This document shows, piece by piece, positions 13,670-25,255 of a stretch of 64,000 nt of DNA. Positions within the stretch are counted from its first letter, which is position 1, and each line of letters starts with the position of its first letter. A program made the position numbers and the translations under genes. The notes beneath the pieces were generated by a model, which saw only the letters and a program-made list of their open reading frames with translations, had not been told where the DNA came from and searched no databases. The stretch comes from Camelus ferus (Eukaryota): NCBI RefSeq assembly GCF_009834535.1, contig NC_045696.1:20214001-20278000 (forward strand), written 5' to 3'.

Positions 13670-14425
13670 ATAAACATTTTATTTTAAAGGAATTTTAAAT
13701 TTATAGAAAACCATAAAGATAATACTGCGAGTTCTCATATACTGCACATCCAATTTACCCTTATTAACATCTTAAATTAGTATGATAAATTATTAAGATT
13801 TTTAAAATATTGATTATCATTCATTATTAAAATTCATATTTTGTTCAGATTTCCTTAGCTTTATCTAATGTCGTTTTTTTTCCTGTTCCAGAATTGCAAT
13901 AGAATACCACATTAAATTTAGTAAGCCTATCTCCTTGGCCTTCGCTTGTCTGTGTCAGTGTCTCAGAATTTCCTTGTGTTTAATGACTGCTTTAGGTTCC
14001 TATTGCTGCTGTAACAAACTACTATTTAGTGGCAAATGTAGTATCTCACAGCTTGGAGATCAGTCTCTGTGGTGTAAATTCAAGGTTTCAATAGGGTGAG
14101 TTCCTCTTGGAGGTTCCCCTTCTTTGTTTTACTGGCTTCTAGAGGCTGCCTGTCTTCCCTTGACTCATGACTTCCTCACATTCCAACTGCTGGCTTCATA
14201 TCATCCCATCTTCTCCTCCTCACTTTGATCATCCTACCAGTGTCCTCCAAGGGCCCATGACTTACCCTATGGAGTTTAAACTTGACAATCTGGTTGATGT
14301 AGTGGTTTTCAAGTTTGCCTACTGTAAAGATTCACACCCCACTCCCTTTCATAAAGTATTCTTTGGAAGGAAGTCATTACACACAGCCTACATGTAAAAA
14401 GTGGTAGTTATGCTGGCCCTTCTTC
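13670..14425 (-). mobile_element. Ancient L1 3'UTR (L1MC-like) interrupted by an MLT1 LTR
   Basis: Antisense L1MC-like 3'UTR. The sequence ...taatgac | cttgaca... is contiguous across the MLT insertion. Confidence 0.6.
13988..14280 (-). mobile_element. MaLR LTR fragment (MLT1C/D-like)
   Basis: ttcctattgctgctgtaacaaactac...tctcacagcttggagatcag...gcttctagaggctgcctgtcttcccttgactcatg. Confidence 0.75.
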
Positions 14426-14429
14426 TTCT

Positions 14430-15343
14430 TTTTTTTTTTTAATATGTTTTTAAAAACTGAAATATAGATGATTTACAACATTATAATGTTGTGTTAGTTT
14501 CTGGTGTACAGCATAGTGATTCAGTTTTATGTGTATATATATGTGTGTGTGTGTATATATATAGACACACATACTTTTTCATTGCAGGTTTTATTATAAG
14601 CCATTGAATATAGTTCCCTGTGCTGTACAGTAGGACCTTGTTTATCTCTTCTGTACACAGTAGTTTGTGTCTGCCAACTTCAAACTCCTAATTTATCCTT
14701 CTCTCCAGCCTTTCACTCTGGTAACCATAAGTTTGTCTTCTATGTCTAGGAATCTCTTTCTGTTTCGTTAATAAGTTCGTTTCTGTCATTTTTTTTTTTA
14801 GATCCCACACTTAAGTGATATCATATAATATTTGTCTTTCTCTGACTGACTTACTTCACATAGTATGGTAATCTCCAGGTCCAAACATGTTGCTATAAAT
14901 GATATTATTTCATTCCTTTTTAATGGCTGAGTAGTGTTCCATATATGTGTGTATGTATCACATTTTCTTTATCCGTTTATCTGTTGTTGGACATGTAGGT
15001 TGCTTCTATGTCTTGGCTATTGTAAGAAGTGCTGTTATGAACATTATAGTGCATGTGTCTTTTCAAATTAGAGTTTTCTCTGGATATATGCCCAGGAATG
15101 GGATTCCTGGATCATATGGTAACTCTATTTTAATTTTTTAAAGGAACCTTCATATAGTTCTCCAAAGTGGCTGCACCAGTTTACATTCCCATCAACAGTG
15201 TAGGAAGGTTCCTTTTTCTCCACACCCTCTCCAACATTTATAATTTGTAGACTTTTTGATGATGGCCATTCTGACCAGTGTGAGGTGATATAACTGATTG
15301 TAGTTTTGATTTGCATTTCTCTAATAATTAGTGACATTGAGTA
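14430..15343 (-). mobile_element. 5'-truncated LINE-1 (3'UTR plus ORF2 3' end)
   Basis: Poly-T, antisense 3'UTR, and ORF 15125..15337 (SLIIREMQIKTT) from ORF2. Frameshifted; no clear TSD. Confidence 0.92.
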
Positions 15344-15399
15344 GCTTTTAGAAATGTTAACATATACCCATGTTCACACAGGAAAATTTTCTCCACATA

Positions 15400-15780
15400 G
15401 TTAGACCTTTGATTTTCTTCATCAGTTTTACAGTTTTTCATGTATAGGTCCTACACATATTTTGTTAGATTTACACTTAAGTCTTTTCTTTTTGGAGAGG
15501 CTATTTATAATGGTAATGTATTTTGTTTTCTTTTTAATTTCAAATTTGTGTTGTTTTGTTTGGTTTATTTCTTCAGCATGCTTTAAGCTTACATTGTTAT
15601 TCTTTCTATATGTTCTAAAATAGAAGCTTAGGGTGTTGAATTTTGATCTTTCTTCTTTTCTAATATATTTACTCAGTGCTATCAATATCTCACTAAAGAT
15701 TGTCTTTGATGCATCTCACAAATTTTTGTAAGTTTCATTTTTATTTTTATTTAGTTTATAATATCTTTTAATGCCTCTTG
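15400..15780 (-). mobile_element. Ancient L1 ORF2 fragments (two non-contiguous pieces)
   Basis: ORF 15428..15685 begins IALSKYIRKEERSKFNTLSF, which is post-EN ORF2-like, and is joined to a later ORF2 piece. Confidence 0.65.
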
Positions 15781-17981
15781 GAACATCTGGCTTTCTCATT
15801 AAGAGAAAGCATCAATATGGCCAGATTTAATTCTTCAAACTTGATCCAAAATCACTTTACTGAGGAGAAACTCCTGGATATGACTCCTCTGTGGTGAAAT
15901 TCTTACTAACATATTAATGTTAGTAAAATATTTCTTTTGCTATTTTTTTGAACTACTAATTAGACTACCAATAATTTCTTGAGATTCCCACTTTTATTTA
16001 CTTTTATACACATTTATGAGAAGAAAATATAAGGACAGATACATACTGATTACATTTTGTGTTTGAAAATACATGAGGCTGGAAGACAAGATTAATAACC
16101 ATTTCTTTACACACTTTGGGTTATTTGAATTGTTACCTGACAAGTATTACTTTGATATATAAAAATGTTTTATAAAAATTATAAAAATGTATACTTAAAT
16201 CTGTGGTTCTTTAAATATTTACATGATAAAATAAAATCATAATTGCCTATTATTTATATAAGTTCATAAAGATAGTATTTTTTTTCATATATCCCTGTTT
16301 ATTAGCTTCAAAGTTTTATTCACATCTGGTATTTAGGACTTCCATTTGTAAATATATATAGTCATTTATATGCTATGTATATATTTATATGCATTATATG
16401 CTCTTTCTTTCTCTCTCTATATATAAAACTGCTTTCTATATTGTCTGACAGCCTTTTATACTGTGTCTTCATTTTATTTTTATTCTCAGTCAACTGGAAT
16501 ATGTAATAAAAAAGTTTTTTTCATGAAGTTTATGTGGATGATATATTTTCTGAAATTTTGAATATCTAAAGAGTATCTTTTGATTAACTTCACACATGAA
16601 TAACAATGTAGTTGTTTTGAATTCTTATATCATAAACTCTTCCTCTCACGATAACATAGCAATTTCCTTTTTGTCCTTTGACATTTTGTATGACAGAGGA
16701 TAAACCAAACACATTTTTCTTCTTTCCACATAAATTAATTAGCTGTTTTGGAAATTTTGGATTTTTTGGAATTATTTAAATGCATTCATTTTACCTAAAT
16801 TAATTGAAATGTTTCTCTTGATATTAATCTTGACTGAGTTTAAATAAGTCACTCATTTAGCACACTAAGGCTTTCTTCATCACACACATTTTACTTTTCT
16901 TTTTGTTCAACATCTTTTTCAGTAACAAGAAGCATTTTATTCTGTCCTAACCCAGATCAATTTCTCCTTTATGATTTTATCTCTAATCTTTACATCTCTG
17001 ATATCTGTCTTCTCCTCTATTTTAATGTTTGTTATATATATTGCACATTCTACTATGTCTAATATAGAGATTTTATATGTACTATGTCATTTTAGTAATC
17101 TCTGTACAGTTTCTTTATTTTAATTGCTTTTCTTTTAATGCCTACTTCTCTCCATGTCCCTTTTAGCCTTCTAGATAGTGGATTATTATTATTGCATATT
17201 TTTACTACTTTATTAAATTCATATTTTATAATTACTTCTAAAATTATACAACCAACGTTAATGATTGTTCTTTTAAATTAATCTTTTTAAAATGATGTAA
17301 TTCCCCTCCCTCCTAAAAAAATTATTTCCTACTTTCTGGGGGTTGTAGAAAGTTTCCCATATATCAAAATGTGCCTATTTCATCTTTTATTCTGATACCT
17401 TCTTCCTCCCTTCTTCTTCTCTTTCTTTTTCCTTCTCATGTTTTTCTTCTTTCTTTGACAAATACTCCTCTTTATCATATAATTTTCCTCAAATTAGGAA
17501 TAAAATGGCAGGAGAAAGGGGCAATTGATACTGAACTGGTGCTTTCACCATCAATTAGGATTTTTTCTCATTAAAATAAAGAAATTCTGTATTATATTTA
17601 ATATTGATAACTCTAAAGGCATGCTTGTTTTAATTAAAACAACATAGTTAAACTAGATTTTATTTATTGAAGATTATCCTAAATCACATGAACTTAAAAT
17701 ACATCTGGGTTAATTTTTATATTTCTGGAGAGTATACCTGATTTTATAAATTCTTGAATTTCTTTAAACCAATTAAAAAGAGCTGTTTAAAATTAAATTT
17801 GGCAATACCATTTGAAGGTAGAAAAAATACCACACATCTGTAACATACATACATTGGCATACATAAGTATACAGACAGATGCAAACAGATCTTATAGCTT
17901 TTGTTTTAAAACTGTAGACATGAGACTGGTATGATAATACAAAACCTCATCAGTTTATATAAAGGAACACTTAGATCCAGC

Positions 17982-18614
17982 TGAGACAGGAAGAGGGCAG
18001 GGCACAGTCATTCAAGGAATGATACAGCAATTAACATCAAAATGGTGGAAGATTCAACCCCTAGTAGGCCCTGAGGCTCAAGATGGTGGGAGATTTGACT
18101 TCTACCAGATCTTGAGCTTCATTATACACCTGTTATAATATATTAGCATGGTGAATAACACGCCCACAGGTACCATGACAGTCCCAAGGCTAACCACAAA
18201 ATGTCAAAGAGTGGGAAATGGCCAGCTTCCTGGGAATCCCAGCCCTTTCCCCAGGCTAGTTAGACCGGTCCTTCCACTTAGTAGCATATGAAACCACCAA
18301 GCCCATAAAAGCAGGCAACACGGTGCCTCAGGATGGCTGCTGCCCTCTCTCCTTCTTCTGAGACAGCCCACACTCTGTCAATGGCAGTGTGTACCTACTT
18401 TTAATCTGAGCACCCAACCTCCACACCTCGTGGCTTTCTCTTGCCTTTTAATGTATCTCTGTGAATAAATCTACCTTTACTCAACTGTAGCTCTGCACTT
18501 CAATTCTTTCCTGCTCGAAGCCAAGGACCCACACTTGGCAGGGCACATCCCGGGGCTCAACCGAAGCCTGGGACATGGCCCTCCTTATGCCCCACATCCG
18601 TTTTTCCTGCATCA
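17982..18614 (+). mobile_element. Solo LTR, MER41-like (ERV1)
   Basis: TG...CA termini, TSD cagc/caac (3 of 4 match), cataaaa at ~18304, AATAAA at 18464. Blocks cattatacacctgttataatatattagcatg...cccacaggtaccatgacagt and aattctttcctgctcgaagccaaggaccc resemble MER41. Confidence 0.85.
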
Positions 18615-20525
18615 CAACCATGTTTCTAGCAGATGTTTTAAGTTAATGTTACCTGCTCAAGTAACTTAAACTTTGCACTAACATTTGTGGAGAAGATTTT
18701 TAAATTTTTTCATTTGCCTAGTTTCCAAGTAACCTCTCAGACATTTTTTTTTTCCTAATTGACAATTCTCTCCCTGGAGCTTGCATTTCAAAGAGATGGC
18801 CCTGAGTTCCTAGAGAACACCAGTTCGAACATTTACATCTCAAAGGCACAGAGAAAGAATGCAATTTTCTCCAAGAAGGAATTCTGTTTCCTAAATTCAG
18901 AAGTTTTGCAATATCTACAATTCTTTTGAAATGAATAAGGGAGGTTGTGAGATTGGTAAAAAGGATAAGTGGGCTTTTTTGTTCTTGTGAAGACTCATTT
19001 TGTAAGACAAGATGTACAAGTGGTCCTCAACTTGTCGGACAGTGGTTTTTAATTCCTCAAAGTATTAGGTTGTAACCTGAATGGTATCAGCCGACTACAT
19101 TATCTCAATTTGCTACTTTATATCATGAAGATCTTCAACTAAATTATAAATTAAGAGATTTCTTTGTTCTAGATTTAGAGTTGTTTGTCTTTGGAATGTC
19201 TGTCTTCCCTTGTGGGTATACAGTTTCGTTTTAGTTTAGGGGAGAAGGCCTAAAAATGTTACTCAGGCTTTGAATACCAGCTTCCAACTTAGCCAACTTT
19301 TGACCATAAGGCTACTTAAAGCAAGACTAAAACAAAATTTCAAATATCTTCTCAAGTTACAGCTAGAACAAATAGCAAACATTCTTGGCAGTACTGAACA
19401 ACCTGATGGATGCCAGTGGCATCCCCAAAGAGGATACAAAAGATATTACCCTCCTAAGATCCAGAACCACTCCCAAATGTAGTCAAAAGAAAGATTTAGA
19501 CAATTCCCTGGAGAGAGGGCAAGAATTAGTAGGACCCTATCTTCAAATGGAGTGTAACCAACATTTTTTGTCTGGCTATATCTAACCACAAATGAGGTAC
19601 AACACAAATTGATGTCCTACTGTATTTTGGGGTTCACAACCTGATTGATGGTCAAGCTGCCTGTATGTGCAAGAACCAACAATCTGCACATCCAGGGCAG
19701 ACAGCAAGCCAGGACAAGTTCTCAGGACACAAAATGAGAAAAAAATAAGAAGCCAAGAAAGGACTGATAACCAAGGGGTACCCCAAACCCATATTCATAA
19801 GAGTCTGGATTTGGGGGAAAAAACAGACAGTAGATTTTTATCTTTCTTTCTTGACTAGGCATTATAGACAGAGATTCAGGAAAGTTGACTCTTGTAGGAA
19901 CTGTCACCCTACCCCAACTTCTACCAGTTGTTCCAGGATCCTATCTGCATGTTCTGGAGGGAGTGATTTAAAGTAGAAAGGGTAGCCTCAGATTTACCAG
20001 AATTTGGCAGAGTTTTCTATTAATATTAATTTTAGCTTCCTCTTGGGCATTTAAGGGTGTGAGTGGTAGCAGTTTACCAGATTACCAGACCAATCTCTAG
20101 GAGCACTGCAAATCCTAGGAGAGGTCCATATGGGGGCCCTTATTTGGGGTAGTTATAGGGATGTTCTAGTTGGTATGTTAGGATTTGACATAGCCTTGGA
20201 GGATAATTTTATTTTTTCAGTGTTCCAGTTGATTACAAATGAGATACTGATTTCTGGGCCAGTGTTTTGATGACAGACCCCTAAGAGGCCCAGGTGTTTC
20301 ATGTTTCTGGGCTTGGAGCTATTGTGATGGTAAGGCCACTAAGTTGGTGGACTTTTGTTTATGTTGTGGTCTCTTCAGATGGAAAGGTAATTTGGATAGA
20401 AGATTAGTAGATTGTGAGCTTTAAGGTAACAGAGGATAGAGGGCAGTAATAGGAGTCATGCCAGTCTTTTAATCTTTTGTTTTAGGTAACTCTTGTTCCT
20501 CTAATTTTCATTAGCCTTATGCAAT

Positions 20526-21019
20526 TGTGAACGAAAATACTGCAAAGTGAGTTAAAATACTGCAAACATATCAGTAAACAAAGAATGCTGAAACCAAGTC
20601 ATCAGCAGCTGCCGCCACCCCCCAGTGAGGACAGGCCTGCAGCCCGGCCTCTGCAGCCACTCACAATGGTGCCCTCTGAGGGGACTCAGAATAAGAAAGG
20701 ACAGGATACTGGCCCCAGATAGCTAGGTGCTTGTCAAAGGGATGAATTCATTGAGCCCAAATGTTTGCTTCCTCCCATACATAGAAAAGCATTAAATTCT
20801 TTAACTTGAGATGCCTGGTTGTCTTTAGATAACAAGTAATCTTTTATTGTTTCAACTACCTGGTCTTTGTTGTAAAACTCCTATATATCCTAGCTCCTCC
20901 CCTACTTCTTGGGAGCAGTCCCTCAGAGCCATCTGAGAGGCTGTCATCCCACCTCGAGTACTCCTGCCAAATAAAACATAACTCTTAACTTTTAGGCTGC
21001 GCGTTTATTTCAGTCGACA
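20526..21019 (+). mobile_element. Solo LTR, ERV1 (MER34/MER39-group-like), inserted in the gag relic
   Basis: tgtgaa...gtcgaca termini, exact TSD caat at 20522-20525 and 21020-21023, ctatata at 20881, AATAAA at 20970. Confidence 0.9.
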
Positions 21020-21023
21020 CAAT

Positions 21024-21289
21024 GAAGGCTTCTGCGTGTCAATTAAAATAGGCATCCCGTTCTGTATGTTGATTTGGGCACCCTTGCTTTCAAGTGTACT
21101 TAGTAAATGAAAAATCTTGTCTAAATGGAACACTCCCTATTAATGGGCATTGTAAGTTTAGGTTGTTTTAGTTAAAATTTGGCCATTTTTGTAGATATAT
21201 AGCTTCTAGGACCACAGTTTTTGGACATAAAATGAGCAGGTAATGCTGGGAGGTGGCACACTCAACTCCTTGAAACTCAAGGATCCCAT
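21024..21289 (-). pseudogene. gag: ERV gag (matrix-like) relic, multiply frameshifted
   Basis: Hand translation of the minus strand across frames: MGSLSFKELSVPPP / PAHFMSKNCGP / LQKW / NNLNLQCPLIG / FHLDKIFHLLSTLE / ERDAYFN*HAEA. It lies ~700 nt downstream of the PBS. Confidence 0.6.
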
Positions 21290-21987
21290 TTCTTTAGCTA
21301 AGTCTTGGGTCTCTCAGAGCCAAATTACTATTTAAGAGGGACAGGCCACTGGGTTGAGGATTTTGTGATTTTTACAGTTTACTTCACTGCATGGAAATTT
21401 TGAGGTTGGTGTGTGACCTAGTGGTTCTGTGGCCAACTTATCCTAGCACGGGGGTCCTAGCCTTAGGTGGCAAGAGCTCTAACAGCTTTTAAGTGTTCTA
21501 GCCACGCCCACTAACTTTATGGCTTTGGTTTCCAAAACTCCCACTAGCAATATATCTATTGTTTCTTTCATGAGGAGATTTCTTTTTGGTGGTAGACCCT
21601 AATGGCTTTTAATAGTCCGAGTTGTGCCTACTTAGATTTTGATGTGTCATTGGTCAATCTGGAATTTCCTGTCTTAATTTATTTCTGTAAGTCCCCAAGC
21701 AATTAATGCTGTGAATTAACTCAAGCTTAAGTATCCTGACCTACTTGTGTCACACACCCAATATAACCACCCTGGAAGATTTCCTGGACCCCGGAGCCTT
21801 TCTGAATATATATTCATATTTTTAAAATAAAATTTGGATTGGCAAGCTGCATGCAAGAGAGTGGAACTCAAATCCAAGAGTGACTTACCTCCAGCCCTCA
21901 GAGGTGGTGAGGACACTGAACCAGGAGAGCTCAGCAGGAACCCTGCTGGGATCTCTCATCCTACATGGTGTTAACAGTCAACTTCCG

Positions 21988-22006
21988 ATCCCATTTCTTG
22001 TTGCCA
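21988..22006 (-). other. Retroviral primer-binding site, degenerate tRNA-Leu-like
   Basis: The minus strand reads LTR-end ...taaca gttt TGGCAACAAGAAATGGGAT, similar to the tRNA-Leu complement TGGTGTCAGAAGTGGGAT. Confidence 0.65.
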
Positions 22007-22010
22007 AAAC

Positions 22011-22380
22011 TGTTAAAAATAATTAAAGAAGACAACTTAGGTAATGCAATAACCTTTATTTAACATTTCATGAAGCAAATAGTCTCCTTTCAGAGAGCTG
22101 TAAAAGGAGGCAGAAGAAAGGGAACTTTATAGGTTAAAGAATAAAGAATAAGGAAGAGACAAATGGAAAACATCTAACTGGCTGAGGACACACAGTCAAC
22201 TTTGCAGTGAGAAGGCCCAGAGCTGGTTTGGCGTTTGGGGACTGGCTGACATTGGAATATGCTGTGTTTCTTGTCAAGTGGAGCATTTCCAGGGACGCAA
22301 AAGTTATCTAAGTTTTGTTTCCCTGACTCGCACCCCAGGGAGGAGTGGCTCCATTTTGGGTCTAGAAATTTATTTCTATA
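22011..22380 (-). mobile_element. 5' LTR of the decayed ERV1 provirus
   Basis: On the minus strand: TATAAA at 22131-22126, AATAAA at 22060-22055, terminal CA at 22012-22011 followed by the PBS, and aaaatggag near the LTR start. Confidence 0.75.
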
Positions 22381-23819
22381 GCTGAAAGCATTACAATAAT
22401 ATTTCTAACCATGCCAAACATTAACCAGCTAAAATTACTTGAGAATCTTAATCTTAGTATCGTTTACAGTTCACTCAGGAAACCTGAGCCGTTATAAACA
22501 TAAGAGGCCTAAGAGGATATTGAAGTTAAACCTCATTATCTGAAGCACTGGCAATCACGCTGCCCTCATAGATGGGACCAGGAGGGATACGCTCATGGGG
22601 ACGACTAGGGAAGGTGTTCTCTGTGTGGAGCTGCAGGGACGGGTCTGCTGTGAGCCTGTGGCTGCCGTGGGTCAGCAGCACTGTGTGTGAGAAGATAAGC
22701 TGAGTTTGGAATGAAGGATGCTCACTGGGTACTTTTTATTTTATGGTTTTAGAAAAAATCCAGACAGTTTAATAAAGAATTTATCAATTTATCGGTATTC
22801 TTTTTAGTTTTCATGAAAAGACCAACGTACATAATGCATGCATATTAGGCATGTCACAAAGTAAATTTTAAAAAACCCTTTCTCAGTTCTATAGAAATAC
22901 CTGTGAGGAGGGCTATAAGCCCCACCTGACTATACTACCAGTGCATCTGTGAAAGAATCATTTTACCCATAAAAATCTAAGACTGGTTAACATATAAGTA
23001 ACCAAATAATTCCACCTGGTGAATGATTATTTACTAGGAGGCTTTGTTTTAAACATCATGGGCTCTTTGGAGCAGAAATAAAATTGCTAAGCAAACAAAC
23101 GAAATATTCATGAAATTGGACATAGATTCTTTTCATCAATAAACATTGGGGACCAAGTGCTAATAATAATCATATATCATATAAATATTTTTCTGCATGA
23201 ACAATTAGATAAAGAAAAGATTGCACAAGCCTCACTTGCATATTACATGAGCAAGTATAATTTATGTCATTGAAAGAGCAGAAACGGGAACTGGCCCAAG
23301 TTTTCATAAAGCCCATTTCCATGTATCACAGGGGACTGCTGTAAAGGTCTCTACCACAGAAGAGTTGGTTTCTGTGGCCTTGGACAGCAGCAAAGTGATG
23401 AATGCTTCCCTTCAGGGGTGTCAGGACACTTTTGCGTTGGCTCCTTTTCCCCCTCCAAAACAGCTTCCCATCATTTGGCAATATATTAGACACGACGTAA
23501 ACCCAGTTTGTTTATTATTTAATTTAACGTTTTGACTTTTTAAAAGCTGCCTCTCTCTTGACTGTCTTCTAGAACTTGAGCCATTATCACAGATTGTTAT
23601 TTGTACATGTGTAAATCAGCTTCAAAATCCACCCCAAGAGTCAGTTTTTAAAGAAGCACATAAGCAGAACAATGGTAAAACTGAGAGACGCAGCATGAGA
23701 TACGCACGCATCGCAATTTATCTCGCATCAGTGATTTGATAAAAGTCATAGGCTGGTAAGTAATCATGGTTGTATTTTTATTTAAAAGAACGGGGTTTAT
23801 TATTAATTGTCTTTTAGGA

Positions 23820-24400
23820 TGATGCACCCTTCAAAGTCACAAGAATTTATCCTTGGCCCACTAACTTAATTTCCAGGATTTATCTTACAAATGTACTCAC
23901 ATCTGTAGGAAACGACTATTTATAAGACTATTTATTGTGGCATCATTTTTAATGGCTAAAATTGGAAGCCGACTAAATGAAACAGAGATCTGGTCAGATA
24001 GATTTGCTTCATACTCACATAAATAATGTGTATTTTTGGGGAAAAAAAAACATAAAATGTCTCTGACTACTGATATAAAATGATCTCCAGGAATATTAAG
24101 TTAAAAGCCAAGGTGCAGAACAGTGTGAATAATATCGTTTTCTTAAAAAGGAGAAAAATAGGTTCGCTTATTTCTTTGTTTTGCATGGAATATCTCTGAA
24201 AGTTTACTTTAAAAAAATGATAATTTGGATGTTGCAAGAAGGGAGAAAACTAGGGAAACTAGATGGTTTGGGGAATAGATATAAATAGGAAAATATTAAC
24301 TGTATATTCTTCCTAGAGTTGACTTTGAAATGGGTGAATATATTACCTATAAAAATTACACAAACTTATGAACAAACAAAAAACAGATGAAAAACAAAGA
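23820..24400 (+). mobile_element. Ancient L1 3' end (L1ME-like)
   Basis: ccaggatttatcttacaaatgtactcaca...aaaattggaagccgactaaatg...gccaaggtgcagaacagtgtg. Confidence 0.6.
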
Positions 24401-24411
24401 GTTACTTAAAC

Positions 24412-24497
24412 TTTTATTTATTTATTTATTTATTTTTTTATTTTTTATTTTTTTTAATTTTTTTTAATTTTTTTATGTATGTATGTATGTATGTATT
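24412..24497. repeat. Compound (TTTA)n / poly-T / (TATG)n simple repeat
   Basis: Directly visible. Confidence 0.9.
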
Positions 24498-24685
24498 TTA
24501 GCCTAGGCTGCTTTTCAGTGGAGAAGTGTTTGAAAATGCTATATGATATCAAATTTATAGTAAAAATTTTCATGCAAATTAAATGAGTACTGTATAAACA
24601 ATGAAGGGATCAAATATATGGGGTCTACAGGAAAAAGAAACAAACAAACAAAAAGAGATGTATACATTAGGCAGTTAAACAGAAA

Positions 24686-25255
24686 TGAGCACCAGGCAGG
24701 GGGAGAGGAAAGGGAAACGAGTAACCCAGAAACTAACAATACACCTGAGCTCAAGATAAGGGGCTTCAAAAACTTACTTTCTCTAAATGAGGACCAACAA
24801 AGAAGCTGGCTACAATGAAACAGCCGCAGCTGTGCAATAAAGAGAAGGGCCCGGCTTAACCTGGCCCGGTGCTCATTATAATTAACGTTACAGTTTGAGC
24901 CCCCTCCCGTAGGTTTCTCTGTGTGCATCCTGAGTAAGAACCTGCACAGAAGGGATGGGCGTGCCTGAGCACAAGGAACTGAGCTGTCAGTCAGCCTGAG
25001 CACAAGGAATTGAGCCGTAAATCAATCAATCACAAAAAACGCCCCTAAGCCAGGATATAAACAACAGGAAAACAAAGGAGCAGCACCACTTATTCTCTCT
25101 TGGACAGGCAGGCTCCCAATGCTCAGGCGTGTACGATATTTTACTACCTGTTTATCAAATCTTGTTTATATCATGCTTTTTGTATCTCATTAAAAATTCA
25201 TTTTTCCGGGTGACTAAGAACCAAGGTAACTTTTATTCCCCTCCTCCTGGTAACA
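24686..25255 (+). mobile_element. Solo LTR with a tandem 31-bp U3 repeat
   Basis: 3' terminus ...cctcctggtaaca, TATA (ggatataaa ~25052), ATTAAA ~25189, several retained CpGs. The 5' boundary is uncertain and no TSD was found. Confidence 0.75.

Larger units (their letters stand above)
17570..22010 (-). mobile_element. Decayed ERV1-class (MER4-group-like) proviral internal region, 3'-truncated, with two nested solo LTRs
   Basis: PBS next to the LTR and a gag-like relic at ~20460-21289. The AT-rich internal sequence resembles non-autonomous MER4-group elements. No 3' LTR recognised; the left boundary is approximate. Confidence 0.7.

Noticed and set aside
17982..21019. The two + strand LTRs as the ends of a single provirus
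   Set aside because: They are dissimilar, each has its own TSD, and the intervening ERV sequence is on the opposite strand.
24539..25003. 154-aa minus-strand ORF
   Set aside because: It is an antisense read-through of an LTR into AT-rich flank, with a non-ATG start and no recognisable domain.
24963..25024. CRISPR-like or other repeat-spacer array
   Set aside because: Only two adjacent copies with no spacers, inside an LTR in a mammalian genome.
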